Shown here one piece after another: positions 49,064 to 58,538 of a stretch of DNA of 64,000 nucleotides. Positions within the stretch are counted from its first letter, which is position 1. Every line of letters starts with the position of its first letter. Under the pieces are notes generated by a model, which saw only the letters and a program-made list of their open reading frames with translations, was not told the DNA's origin and ran no database searches. The stretch is from the NCBI GenBank assembly GCA_024508675.1, contig JANINQ010000001.1, positions 435,162-499,161 of the forward strand. The letters are read 5' to 3'. The stretch comes from Afipia sp. (GTDB lineage Bacteria; Pseudomonadota; Alphaproteobacteria; Rhizobiales; Xanthobacteraceae). Position numbers and translations under genes: made by a program.

Positions 49064-49534
49064 ATGCACATGTTGCAAAATTCCAGAATGATCTTGATCG
49101 CAGCTGCGCTCGCACTGTTGCCAATCCCGGCTGAGCGCGCATCCGCGCACGACAATCATGCGTCCTATGCCGCCGGAGAACCCGGCGATCCGAAGAAGCC
49201 GTCGCGCGAGATCATCGTGGAGATGGGGGATCGCTACTATCACCCGAAGCAACTCCAGGTGAAACGCGGCGAACAGGTTCGCTTCGTGCTCCGCAATGAC
49301 GGGCACGAGGATCACGAATTTCTGCTCGCCACCACAGCAGAGAACCTCAAGCACGCCGAGATGATGAAGAAGAATCCCGGCATGGAGCACGCCGAGCCGA
49401 ACGGCCTTCAGCTCGCGCCGAAGAAATCCGGCGAGATCGTCTGGAAGTTTACCAAGGCGGGGACTTTCGAATTTTCCTGCCTGATCGAAGGCCATCGCGA
49501 GGATGGCATGACCGGCACCGTCGTCGTGAAGTGA
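49064..49534 (+). CDS. Periplasmic cupredoxin (CopI/plastocyanin-like)
   Basis: Signal peptide, HEF, type-1 site SCLIEGHREDGM. Confidence 0.9.
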   Translation: MHMLQNSRMILIAAALALLPIPAERASAHDNHASYAAGEPGDPKKPSREIIVEMGDRYYHPKQLQVKRGEQVRFVLRNDGHEDHEFLLATTAENLKHAEMMKKNPGMEHAEPNGLQLAPKKSGEIVWKFTKAGTFEFSCLIEGHREDGMTGTVVVK

Positions 49535-49558
49535 TCGAAAGCAAAAGGAAAAAGAAAC

Positions 49559-49849
49559 ATGCGGAAGTTTGCAGTTGTCGTGTCGTGCCTCGCGCTCCTG
49601 TCTGGTCAGGCGCTTGCTCAGTCGTTGCCGGTGGAGGGGACTGTTGTGAAGATTGACGAAGGGGCGGGGAAAATCACCCTCCGGCACGGGCCGATCAAGA
49701 AGCTGGATATGGACCAGGGAATGACCATGGTGTTCAGGGCTCAAAGTCCCGAACTGCTCAAACAGGTGAAGGCGGGCGACAAGGTCCGTTTCGATGCAGA
49801 GAAGGTTAACGGGCAGATGACCGTGACCGGAATTGCCAAGGCGAAATAG
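49559..49849 (+). CDS. cusF: CusF-like periplasmic copper chaperone
   Basis: Signal peptide, TLRHGPIKKLDMDQGMTMVF, VKAGDKVRF. Confidence 0.9.
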   Translation: MRKFAVVVSCLALLSGQALAQSLPVEGTVVKIDEGAGKITLRHGPIKKLDMDQGMTMVFRAQSPELLKQVKAGDKVRFDAEKVNGQMTVTGIAKAK

Positions 49850-49995
49850 ACGGCGAAACAGCTTTCGAAAGCCGCCGGGGCCGCGCTGACAAAGCCGTGA
49901 CCCGGCGGATTCTACCTGTTTGCCACCGATCCGTCGCAGTTGATCCCTCAATCGGCCCAAAAGTTCCCGCATGCAACGTCGCGCGGGGAATTCAG

Positions 49996-50850
49996 ATGAT
50001 CAAGAAGCTGTTCAGCAAATACTTTCTGGAAGTCATTCCGTCGATCGTGGCGACGGTGGTCGGGGCGTATATCGTCACCCATTACATCAACGCCAAGTCC
50101 GATACCGACAAGCCGAAGGCGGCCGTCTCAGCGCCTGCGGCGGCCTCGAAAGATGCTGCTCCGCAGACCCTGAAAGCCGACGAGGCTGGTGACCGCTCCG
50201 CGGCTGCAGCGAAGGCCGAGGCGGCACGGCTCAAGGCCGAGAAGCTGGCTGCCGAGAAGGCCGCAGCGGAGCGCGCGGCGACTGATCGGGCCGAGAACGC
50301 CAGGAGGGCCGCGGAAAAGGCGGCTGCGGAAAAGCTCGCCGGTGAGAAAGCCGAGAAGGCTGCAGCCGACAAACTCGCCGCCGAGAAGGCTGCGGCTGAG
50401 AAGCTTGCTTCTGAGAAGGCCGCTGCTGACAAGCGCGACGCCAACGATCTGGCGCGGGCTGCGATCGAGCGCCTGCGCAAATCCGGCCCGCAGCCCACCG
50501 AGCAGTCGCGTGCGCCGGACGTGGCGCAGGGTCAGGAGCGGGCGAAGGTCAACAGCGTGGTTTATGCACCGGCTGTGCAGCAGCCTGCGGTCCAGCCATT
50601 GCCGCCTGCGGTCAACGTGGCGCCGCAGCCGAGCGAAGCTGCGGTGACGGCACCGCCGAAACCGTTTCCCGAACCGATCTCTGGTGAGTCCGAAGCGCGT
50701 GCTGACGATGGATTGCGGCTGACCCCGCCGGCGGACATACCCTCACGCCCTGTCGATCTGCGCGCGAAACAGCGTTCGTCGGTGACGGAAGATGTGGTCT
50801 CGGCTGCGAAGTCGGTGTTCCACGCCGTAGTGCCGGAATCGTCCAACTAG
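49996..50850 (+). CDS. Single-pass membrane protein with AEKAAA/AEKLAA repeats (TolA-like low complexity)
   Basis: TM IPSIVATVVGAYIV, tandem Ala/Glu/Lys repeats, Pro-rich linker. Confidence 0.8.
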   Translation: MIKKLFSKYFLEVIPSIVATVVGAYIVTHYINAKSDTDKPKAAVSAPAAASKDAAPQTLKADEAGDRSAAAAKAEAARLKAEKLAAEKAAAERAATDRAENARRAAEKAAAEKLAGEKAEKAAADKLAAEKAAAEKLASEKAAADKRDANDLARAAIERLRKSGPQPTEQSRAPDVAQGQERAKVNSVVYAPAVQQPAVQPLPPAVNVAPQPSEAAVTAPPKPFPEPISGESEARADDGLRLTPPADIPSRPVDLRAKQRSSVTEDVVSAAKSVFHAVVPESSN

Positions 50851-50873
50851 CGCCGTCCAGCCAGCTATTCTTG

Positions 50874-52004
50874 CTAGCTGTTTTTGCGGACGCGGCCTTT
50901 GGCTGCTCCGCCATCGCCCTCCGCTGCACCTTCCACGATGTCGAGAAATTCCTTCACGGTGCTGACCGTTCCGGGATTGACCGCGACATAGCCCGGCAAT
51001 TGCGCGATGGCGCTGTGAAACGCCTCCCCCTTCATGATGTCGAGCACGCGGCGCATCGGTTCGGTTTCGAGGAATGTCCTGCGGCAGACGAAGAAGTAGT
51101 CCTCCGTCAGCAGGCGCACGAAATCGAGGCCGAATTGTTTGGCCGCCGCTTCGACGCCGAAAGCAGCATCCGCCATGCCGCTCGCGACATAAGCGGCCAC
51201 AGCGGCATGAGTAAACTCCATTTGCTGCGCGCCATTGATCTTCGCTTCGTCGATCTTCTGCTGGGCCAGCAACTGGTCGAACAAGATGCGCGTTCCGGAA
51301 TCGTGGTCGCGGTTGACGAACCGCGCCCTGGTGGTGACGAGATCTTTCAGCGATCCGATGTTCAGCGGATTGCCTTTCTTGACCATCAGGCCCATCTCGC
51401 GGGTCACGAAGGAGATCACGCGATCCTCTCGCGGATCGAGCCACTCCCGGCAGGCCTTGATGCTCTGCGCGCGAAGTTCGCCGCGCGGAATGTGCACGCC
51501 GGAGAGATCGCAGGCGCCCTGCGCCAAAGACACCAGCGAGTTCTGGTTGCTGACATAGCGCAGGTCGACGCCGATACCCGGTTCCTTGTCCAGCAGTTCA
51601 CGCAGCTTTGAGACCGCGAAACCGTGGCTGGCGTGAACGCGGATCACTGACGGGCGTTGATGCAGGAACGGCTTGATCTCGGTCGCCAGTTCCTGCGCGA
51701 GATTTTCGAGCTGCGGTCCGAGGCGGGCCTGCATGCGCTGTCCGGCCCAGACCAGTTTCTCGCCGAACGCTGTCAGCGTCGTGCCTTTGCCGCGATGGGT
51801 TTCCACCAGCGGCACGCCGAAGAAGTCGGACCATTGTTCGACCAGATTCCAGACATGACGATAGGACAGTCCGGCATTGTCGGCGGCGCTCGTGAGTTTG
51901 CCGGAGGTGCGGATGTCGTTGAGCACGCCCAGCATCACGGCGACGGTCTGCGGGCTGCCTTCCTTGTGGAAGCGCCAGACGGGTTCGATCTCGATCTGCA
52001 GCAT
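50874..52004 (-). CDS. ModE/LysR-type HTH plus PBP-superfamily regulator (FdsR-like)
   Basis: LSYRHVWNL HTH, REMGLMVKKGNP, FVNRDHDSGTR, THAAVAAYVASG.ADAAFG. Confidence 0.87.
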   Translation of the reverse strand: MLQIEIEPVWRFHKEGSPQTVAVMLGVLNDIRTSGKLTSAADNAGLSYRHVWNLVEQWSDFFGVPLVETHRGKGTTLTAFGEKLVWAGQRMQARLGPQLENLAQELATEIKPFLHQRPSVIRVHASHGFAVSKLRELLDKEPGIGVDLRYVSNQNSLVSLAQGACDLSGVHIPRGELRAQSIKACREWLDPREDRVISFVTREMGLMVKKGNPLNIGSLKDLVTTRARFVNRDHDSGTRILFDQLLAQQKIDEAKINGAQQMEFTHAAVAAYVASGMADAAFGVEAAAKQFGLDFVRLLTEDYFFVCRRTFLETEPMRRVLDIMKGEAFHSAIAQLPGYVAVNPGTVSTVKEFLDIVEGAAEGDGGAAKGRVRKNS

Positions 52005-52014
52005 CGTGACGGCC

Positions 52015-52065
52015 TTATGAAATTGATTTCATATCATCGTGAGCCATTGGCACATCATATCATAT
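52015..52065. promoter_or_regulatory. Putative tandem operators for the FdsR-like regulator
   Basis: TATGAAA-TTGA-TTTCATA palindrome (TTATG-N10-CATAT) and a second ATTGG-N10-CATAT 31 bp downstream. Confidence 0.55.
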
Positions 52066-52114
52066 TTACTCTGGCATTTTGAATACACAAACTTGCAGAA
52101 ACAACAGGAGGAAT

Positions 52115-53605
52115 ATGATGTCGATTGCATATGACCATGCCCTGGATACCGCGCGTGACGCGGCTGTCGTTCTCCGCAAGCAGCTCCTGATCGACGGTCA
52201 GCATGTCGAGTCGATCTCGGGGAAAACCTTCAACACGCTCAACCCCGCCACCGGACAGGTCATCGCAACCATCTCCGAAGGCGGCGAGGCCGATGTCGAG
52301 CGCGCGGTCGCTGCCGCCCGCCGCGCCTTCGAAGGCGTCTGGAGCACCATGCGGCCCGCCGAGCGCGGCCAGATTCTGCTTCGCTTCGCAGAGCTTCTGA
52401 AAAAGCACGGCGCTGAAATCGCCGAGCTTGAAAGCCGCGATGCGGGCAAACCCATTGCAGCCGTGCTGCGGCAGGATCTTCCCGCCGCCATCGACACGCT
52501 GACCTATTACGCCGGCTGGGCCGACAAGATTCACGGCGACACGGTGCCGACGCGCAGCGATGCGCTCACCTACACCGTGCGTGAGCCGGTCGGCGTGGTC
52601 GCGGTGATCGTGCCGTGGAATTTCCCGCTGATGATCGGCATGTGGAAGCTGGCGCCTGCGCTCGCCTGCGGCTGCACCATTGTGATGAAACCCGCCGAAC
52701 TCACATCGCTGTCGGCGCTGCGCCTCGGCGAACTCGCGCTGGAAGCCGGTCTGCCGCCGGGCGTACTCAATATCGTGCCCGGTCCCGGCCGTGTGGTCGG
52801 CGATGCGCTGGTCAATCATCCGGGCGTGGACAAGGTGACATTCACCGGCTCGCCCGGCGTTGGCCGCGGAATCCTCAAGGGTGCTGCGGGCAACTTCAAG
52901 CGCGTTTCGCTCGAACTCGGCGGCAAGTCGGCCAATGTGATCTATGACGATGCCGATCTCGATGCGGCCACGAAAGCTGCCGCGGCAGGCATCTTCTTCA
53001 ATGCGGGTCAGGTGTGTTCGGCAGGGTCGCGCGTGCTGGCGCAGGAAAAGGTCTATGACGAAGTGGTGGCGCGGCTCACCGCGCGTGCCGAGGCGCTGCG
53101 CATGGGCGACACCGCCGACAAGACCACGGCGCTTGGCCCGGTGATTTCCGAAAAGCAGATGAAGTCGATTCTCGATTACGTCGACATCGGCCAGAAGGAG
53201 GGTGCCACGCTCGTCACCGGCGGTCAGCATGTCGGCGATCGCGGCTATTACATCAGCCCGGCGGTGTTCGCGAATGTGAAGCACGAGATGCGGATTTCGC
53301 AGGAAGAAATCTTCGGCCCCGTGGTCAGCGTCATCAAGTTCAAGGATGAAGCTGACGCGATCCGCATCGCCAACGGCACGGCGTTCAGTCTCGCGGCGGG
53401 CGTATGGAGCCGCGACATCGGACGCACGCAGCGTTTCGCCAAGAAGGCGAAAGCCGGCACGGTCTGGATCAACACCTATGGCTATACCGATGTGCGGTTG
53501 CCATGGGGCGGCGCGGGCGATTCGGGTTTCGGCCGCGAGCACGGCACCGAAGCGCTGGCGAATTTCACCGAGCCGAAGGCGGTCTGGGTGAATTTGAACG
53601 TGTGA
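52115..53605 (+). CDS. NAD(P)+-dependent aldehyde dehydrogenase (ALDH1/2-like)
   Basis: PWNFP, KPAE, FTGS, LELGGK, catalytic GQVCSAGSR, EEIFGP. Confidence 0.96.
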   Translation: MMSIAYDHALDTARDAAVVLRKQLLIDGQHVESISGKTFNTLNPATGQVIATISEGGEADVERAVAAARRAFEGVWSTMRPAERGQILLRFAELLKKHGAEIAELESRDAGKPIAAVLRQDLPAAIDTLTYYAGWADKIHGDTVPTRSDALTYTVREPVGVVAVIVPWNFPLMIGMWKLAPALACGCTIVMKPAELTSLSALRLGELALEAGLPPGVLNIVPGPGRVVGDALVNHPGVDKVTFTGSPGVGRGILKGAAGNFKRVSLELGGKSANVIYDDADLDAATKAAAAGIFFNAGQVCSAGSRVLAQEKVYDEVVARLTARAEALRMGDTADKTTALGPVISEKQMKSILDYVDIGQKEGATLVTGGQHVGDRGYYISPAVFANVKHEMRISQEEIFGPVVSVIKFKDEADAIRIANGTAFSLAAGVWSRDIGRTQRFAKKAKAGTVWINTYGYTDVRLPWGGAGDSGFGREHGTEALANFTEPKAVWVNLNV

Positions 53606-53654
53606 GCCAGTTCATTTGAGTCAGGTTCGTTTGAGCCTCGTCTCTTCCCGAGCA

Positions 53655-53693
53655 GACTCAAACAAAAACGCGGGCCGAAAGGCCCGCGTTTTC
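53655..53693. repeat. Terminator hairpin, direct-repeat copy 1
   Basis: GACTCAAACAAAAACGCGGGCCGAAAGGCCCGCGTTTTC; 35/39 identical to 54607-54645. Confidence 0.85.
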
Positions 53694-53798
53694 TTTTATG
53701 GCGCACCGTCCAGTGTCGCCGAATTGCCGGATCCAATTATTCGTGGTTCGATGTAGGGCGGCATGTCGCCGCTCTTGCATCACCGGCATTGTGGCCTG

Positions 53799-54602
53799 AT
53801 GAAAACCGCTCAATGGATCGCGGCGCTGGCCGTCACGGGATATGTGGCGGCCGTGGTTGTGCTGTATGTGTTTCAACGGGCGCTGCTCTATCCGGCGCCT
53901 CAAACCACTCGCGCCGATCCTGCGGGTGCGGGATTCCCTGAAGCGCAGGAAAACATCCTTGAAACCAGCGACGGCGAAAAGGTCATCGTTTGGCATGTGC
54001 CGCCGAAAGACGGCAAGCCGGTGGTGCTATTCTTTCATGGCAATGGCGAAGTGCTTGCATGGCGTGTGCCGCGCTTTCGCGCCATCATCGCCGATGGTAC
54101 CGGCCTTGTCGCATTGTCGTTTCGCGGTTACGGCGGCTCCAGCGGCAAACCAACGGAAAGCGGATTGCTGAACGACGGGGCAGCCGCTTATGCGTTCGCA
54201 GCGGCGCGTTATCCGTCCGAGCGGATCGTGCCATGGGGATATTCGCTCGGTACCGGTGTTGCGGTCGCCATTGCTGCAAGTAAGCCGGTCGGCAAGCTCG
54301 TTCTTGAAGCGCCTTACACATCGGTCTCCGACGTCGGCGCGGGATTGTTCTGGTACATGCCGGTGCGCTGGCTGATGTGGGACAGCTTTCGCTCCGACGA
54401 GCGCATCGCCGCCGTGAAAGTACCCCTGCTGATTATACATGGCGAACAGGACAGTGTCGTTCCTGTACGGCTCGGGCGGCGATTGTACGATCGCGCGCCC
54501 GGCCCGAAATGCTTCGTGCCGTTTCCGCAGGGCACACACATCAATCTCGATGATTACGGTGCGGTGGACATCGTGCGCGCGTTCATGGCCGGCAGGGACT
54601 GA
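53799..54602 (+). CDS. Alpha/beta hydrolase (BEM46/ABHD13-like), N-terminal anchor
   Basis: FFHGNG, FRGYGGSSG.PTE.GL, GYSLG, IHGEQD, GTH. Confidence 0.9.
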   Translation: MKTAQWIAALAVTGYVAAVVVLYVFQRALLYPAPQTTRADPAGAGFPEAQENILETSDGEKVIVWHVPPKDGKPVVLFFHGNGEVLAWRVPRFRAIIADGTGLVALSFRGYGGSSGKPTESGLLNDGAAAYAFAAARYPSERIVPWGYSLGTGVAVAIAASKPVGKLVLEAPYTSVSDVGAGLFWYMPVRWLMWDSFRSDERIAAVKVPLLIIHGEQDSVVPVRLGRRLYDRAPGPKCFVPFPQGTHINLDDYGAVDIVRAFMAGRD

Positions 54603-54606
54603 CAAC

Positions 54607-54645
54607 GACACAAACAAAAACGCGGACCGTGAGGCCCGCGTTTTC
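54607..54645. repeat. rpsU/hydrolase terminator hairpin, direct-repeat copy 2
   Basis: GACACAAACAAAAACGCGGACCGTGAGGCCCGCGTTTTC. Confidence 0.85.
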
Positions 54646-54668
54646 GTATTCAAAATTTTTGAAGTCGC

Positions 54669-54971
54669 TTAGCGCGGTCCACGCGGGGCGCCTGCGCCAC
54701 CACGACTACCGGCTGCGCCGCGATCCGCACCGGGACCGGCGCCGAACACCGGCTTCGGCTTCATCGGCAGCAGGCCTTCGCGCTGCAGCTTCTTGCGCGC
54801 CAGCTTGCGTGCGCGGCGAACGGCTTCCGCCTTTTCGCGGGCCTTCTTCTCGGACGGCTTTTCGTAATGACCGCGGAGCTTCATCTCGCGGAAAATGCCC
54901 TCGCGCTGCATCTTCTTCTTCAGCGCCTTGAGAGCCTGGTCGACATTGTTATCGCGGACGAGAACCTGCAC
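54669..54971 (-). CDS. rpsU: 30S ribosomal protein S21
   Basis: [31 protein letters not shown]; GTG start. Confidence 0.97.
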   Translation of the reverse strand: MQVLVRDNNVDQALKALKKKMQREGIFREMKLRGHYEKPSEKKAREKAEAVRRARKLARKKLQREGLLPMKPKPVFGAGPGADRGAAGSRGGAGAPRGPR

Positions 54972-55241
54972 GCGGCATCCTCTTTGGTTTCAATCATGAA
55001 ATTCTGGAGACGACGAAGGGCCGACAAAGGCCACGCCCTTCCCATCGAAGGCGCGGATGTACCAGATCAAACCGCGAATGTCCACCTGCCGGCAGGGCTT
55101 TTTCAGGGGCCGGACGGACCGATTTTCGGGCAAAATCGGGATGCCGGGCCGCGATTCGGAGGGGCTGGAAAGCCCCGGATACCGGGTTCCTGTGGGCCCC
55201 GCCGCCGGATAGTCCTGCGGCACGATCAGGGGAGAATCGAT

Positions 55242-55958
55242 ATGAGCGCGAAGAAATACACGGCGGAGGCGATTGGCACGTTCTGGCTGACCTTTGGGGG
55301 CTGTGGCAGCGCTGTCTTGGCGGCGGCATTTCCGCAAGTCGGTATCGGGCTGCTGGGTGTTTCGCTCGCCTTCGGCCTGACCGTGGTGACCATGGCCTTC
55401 GCCATCGGGCACATTTCGGGATGCCATCTCAATCCTGCGGTGACCGTCGGGCTCGCGGCCGGGGGCCGTTTTCCGGCCGGGCAGGTCGTTCCCTACATCA
55501 TTGCCCAGGTTATCGGCGCGGTTCTGGGAGCCGGGCTGCTCTATGTCATCGCCAGCGGCAAAGCCGGTTTTGACCTTGCGGGCGGCTTCGCTTCCAATGG
55601 CTACGGCGACCATTCGCCCGGCAAATATAGTCTGATGGCAGGCTTTGTCTGCGAAGTAGCGATGACGGCGATGTTCCTGTTCATCATCATGGGCTCGACC
55701 CATGGCAAGGCGCCCGCCGGTTTTGCGCCGCTCGCCATCGGTCTTGGACTCGTCCTGATCCATCTGGTCAGCATTCCGGTCACCAACACCTCGGTGAACC
55801 CGGCGCGCAGCACCGGCCCCGCGCTGTTCGTGGGCGGCTGGGCGATTCAGCAGCTTTGGCTGTTCTGGGTCGCACCGCTGATCGGCGGCGTCATCGGCGG
55901 CGTGGTCTATCGCTGGCTGAGCGATGAGCCGGACGGCATTGTCGCCGGCAACAAGTAG
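55242..55958 (+). CDS. aqpZ: Aquaporin Z
   Basis: [37 protein letters not shown]; GGGGAG RBS. Confidence 0.96.
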   Translation: MSAKKYTAEAIGTFWLTFGGCGSAVLAAAFPQVGIGLLGVSLAFGLTVVTMAFAIGHISGCHLNPAVTVGLAAGGRFPAGQVVPYIIAQVIGAVLGAGLLYVIASGKAGFDLAGGFASNGYGDHSPGKYSLMAGFVCEVAMTAMFLFIIMGSTHGKAPAGFAPLAIGLGLVLIHLVSIPVTNTSVNPARSTGPALFVGGWAIQQLWLFWVAPLIGGVIGGVVYRWLSDEPDGIVAGNK

Positions 55959-55974
55959 GTTCGGTTCGGGCGAG

Positions 55975-56019
55975 GCATGATCCCGAAAAGTGGAAACCGG
56001 TTTTCGGAAAAGATCATGC
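55975..56019. repeat. Short palindromic repeat GCATGATC-CCGAAAAGTGG..CCGGTTTTCGG-GATCATGC
   Basis: Nested inverted repeats between convergent aqpZ and purK. Confidence 0.8.
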
Positions 56020-56059
56020 CCGAACTTTATAGGCTGCCGCGAGTGATCGCGGCAGCCTT

Positions 56060-57160
56060 TTACTTTTGCGAGGGCTTCACTTCGGTCACATGGCCCATCT
56101 TGCGGCCGGGGCGAGGCGAGCCCTTGCCATAGATGTGCACCGTAGCGCCGGGCACGCCGAGCCACTTGTTGTAGTCGAGGATGTCATCCCCGATCAGGTT
56201 GGTCATGGTGACATTGCCATGGCGAACAGGATGCGCCAGCGGCCAGCCTGCGATGGCGCGGATATGCTGTTCGAACTGCGACACTGATGCGCCGTCGAGC
56301 GTCCAGTGTCCCGAGTTGTGCACGCGCGGCGCGATCTCGTTGACCATCAGGCTCAAACCATCCTTGCCGGGGACCACGAACAGTTCGACCGCGAACACGC
56401 CCACATAGTCGAGTGCTGCCGCGATCTTTTCCGCGATGGTGCGGGCCTGCGCGGCAAGCTCGTCGGAGATGCGCGCGGGTGCGTGGGAATATTTCAGGAT
56501 GTGGTCGCGGTGTTCGTTTTCGGTGACGTCGTAGCAGACCACTTCGCCGCTGGCGCTGCGGGCTGCGACCACCGACACTTCGCGCTCGAACGGCACGAAG
56601 GCCTCGAGGATCGCGGAGCGCGTTTCGAGATCGGCCCACACCTTCTCCGGATCGTCGCCCTCGCGGACCACGGCCTGACCCTTGCCGTCATATCCGAAGC
56701 GCCGGGTCTTGAGCACGGCGGGCAGGCCGATCTGTGCAATCGCTGCCTTGAGGTCTGCCGCGGACGACACGTCGGCATAGCGCGCGGTGGCGATGCCGAG
56801 CTTGGTCACGAAGTTCTTTTCCGCGAGCCGGTCCTGTGTGGTTTCCAGCACTTTCGGGTCCGGCAGCACCGGACGTCTCGCCGAAAGGATCATCGCCGTC
56901 GACGACGGGATGTTCTCGAACTCATAGGTAATGACGGAGACGTCCGACGCGAACAGTTCCAGCGCCTCGACATCGGCATATTCCGCGCAGGATGCATTTT
57001 GCACCACGTCGAAGGCGGGGGAGTCCGGGTCGGGAGAGAAGACCTGTGTCTTGAGGCCGAGCCGCGCGGCGGCGAGCGCGAGCATCCTGCCCAACTGTCC
57101 GCCGCCGAGAATGCCGATGGTGTCGCCGGGCTTCAGCGTCACCCGATTTGAAGATGTCAC
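56060..57160 (-). CDS. purK: N5-carboxyaminoimidazole ribonucleotide synthase
   Basis: [45 protein letters not shown]. Confidence 0.97.
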   Translation of the reverse strand: MTSSNRVTLKPGDTIGILGGGQLGRMLALAAARLGLKTQVFSPDPDSPAFDVVQNASCAEYADVEALELFASDVSVITYEFENIPSSTAMILSARRPVLPDPKVLETTQDRLAEKNFVTKLGIATARYADVSSAADLKAAIAQIGLPAVLKTRRFGYDGKGQAVVREGDDPEKVWADLETRSAILEAFVPFEREVSVVAARSASGEVVCYDVTENEHRDHILKYSHAPARISDELAAQARTIAEKIAAALDYVGVFAVELFVVPGKDGLSLMVNEIAPRVHNSGHWTLDGASVSQFEQHIRAIAGWPLAHPVRHGNVTMTNLIGDDILDYNKWLGVPGATVHIYGKGSPRPGRKMGHVTEVKPSQK

Positions 57161-57648
57161 TTAATTTCGTCCTCTGGGCGCTCGCGCACGGCGTCGGTCT
57201 GTTGCTTGCGCCACGCCGCCAGCCGGGTCGCAAGACCGGCATCGGTCAGCGCCAGCACGCTCGCTGCGAGCAGGGCGGCATTGATAGCCCCGGCCTTTCC
57301 GATCGCCAAGGTGCCGACCGGAATTCCGGCGGGCATTTGCACAATGGAGTAGAGGGAATCGACGCCCGACAGCGCCTTGGATTCCACCGGAACTCCGAAG
57401 ACCGGAAGTTCCGTCAGCGAGGCCGCCATGCCGGGCAGGTGAGCCGCGCCGCCTGCGCCTGCGATGATCACCTTGAAGCCTGCCGCCTTGGCGCCCTTGG
57501 CGAAGGCATACAGCCGTTCGGGGGTGCGGTGCGCGGACACGATCCGCGCCTCGTGGGGGACGTTCAGAGCCGTCAGGGTCTCTGCGGCATGGCGCATGGT
57601 CTCCCAGTCGGACTGGCTTCCCATGATGATGGCGACGGGGGCGGTCAT
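57157..57648 (-). CDS. purE: N5-CAIR mutase
   Basis: [36 protein letters not shown]. Confidence 0.98.
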   Translation of the reverse strand: MTAPVAIIMGSQSDWETMRHAAETLTALNVPHEARIVSAHRTPERLYAFAKGAKAAGFKVIIAGAGGAAHLPGMAASLTELPVFGVPVESKALSGVDSLYSIVQMPAGIPVGTLAIGKAGAINAALLAASVLALTDAGLATRLAAWRKQQTDAVRERPEDEIK

Positions 57649-57747
57649 TCGGAATCTTCAAAAGAGCGGAAAAGAGGGCGGATTATAGGGTTGCATACTT
57701 GCATAGCAAGATAACGCGAATCCGGTATCCTTTCATGGTCAACGGCC

Positions 57748-58530
57748 ATGCCGGTCAAGCGGATTAAGGGCAGAAACGTGAAGAAAGCGCGCGGCAAAGT
57801 GGCACGACGGGGCTCGCCTGCAAGAAAGCCGTCCCGTTCCGCCGGGGGTGGGAAACAAACCCGTAAATCCGCAGCCAAATCCGTCACCAAGCCCACGGTG
57901 AAGAAGGCGGCCAAACCGGCTCCGCCGAAAGCCGGTCGCGGACGGGCGGCGGCGCCACTTGCGAAGGCGAAGCGGCAGGTGGCAGTCCTCAAGGCCGAGC
58001 TTGCGGCGGCGCAGGCCCGGATCGACGAACTGCAGGCCTGGGCCGATACCGACTTTCTGCTCGACATCTACAACCGCCGCGGCTTCGAGCGTGAGCTGGA
58101 ACGCTCGATCGCCTATCTCCGCCGCTATGGCGCAACCGCCGTACTGATCGTGCTGGATGTTGATCGCCTCAAGCCCATCAACGACACCTTCGGCCATGCC
58201 GCCGGTGACATCGTGCTCAAGGGCGTGGTCGCGGTGCTGATGCGCCACGTCCGCTCATCCGATGTGGTGGGGCGGCTGGGCGGCGATGAGTTCGGCGTGT
58301 TGTTGTGGAATTTGACGCAGGCCGATGCATTGGCGAAAGCGCGTGCGCTCGAGGACGCCATCGACCAGCTCACATTCATGTTCAAGGCCCGCTCCGTCGT
58401 CGCCGGTGCCTCCGCAGGCATCGCGCTGATTGGCCCTGCTGACGATGCGGCTGCGGCCATGGAAGCTGCCGACCGCGCGATGTATGCGCGCAAGAGCGCG
58501 CGGCGAGGCAGTTTGCTCTCTGCGCTGTGA
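57748..58530 (+). CDS. Diguanylate cyclase with Lys/Ala/Pro-rich N-terminus and coiled coil
   Basis: NDTFGHAAGD, RSSD I-site, GGDEF, ADRAMY; no sensor domain. Confidence 0.9.
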   Translation: MPVKRIKGRNVKKARGKVARRGSPARKPSRSAGGGKQTRKSAAKSVTKPTVKKAAKPAPPKAGRGRAAAPLAKAKRQVAVLKAELAAAQARIDELQAWADTDFLLDIYNRRGFERELERSIAYLRRYGATAVLIVLDVDRLKPINDTFGHAAGDIVLKGVVAVLMRHVRSSDVVGRLGGDEFGVLLWNLTQADALAKARALEDAIDQLTFMFKARSVVAGASAGIALIGPADDAAAAMEAADRAMYARKSARRGSLLSAL

Positions 58531-58538
58531 CGCCTTGA

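Noticed and set aside
50200-50450. Short tandem DNA repeats as a possible CRISPR array
   Set aside because: In-frame imperfect coding repeats with no unique spacers and no cas genes
54867-55241. N-terminal extension of aquaporin Z
   Set aside because: Overlaps rpsU antisense and its promoter region; a good RBS sits at ATG 55242
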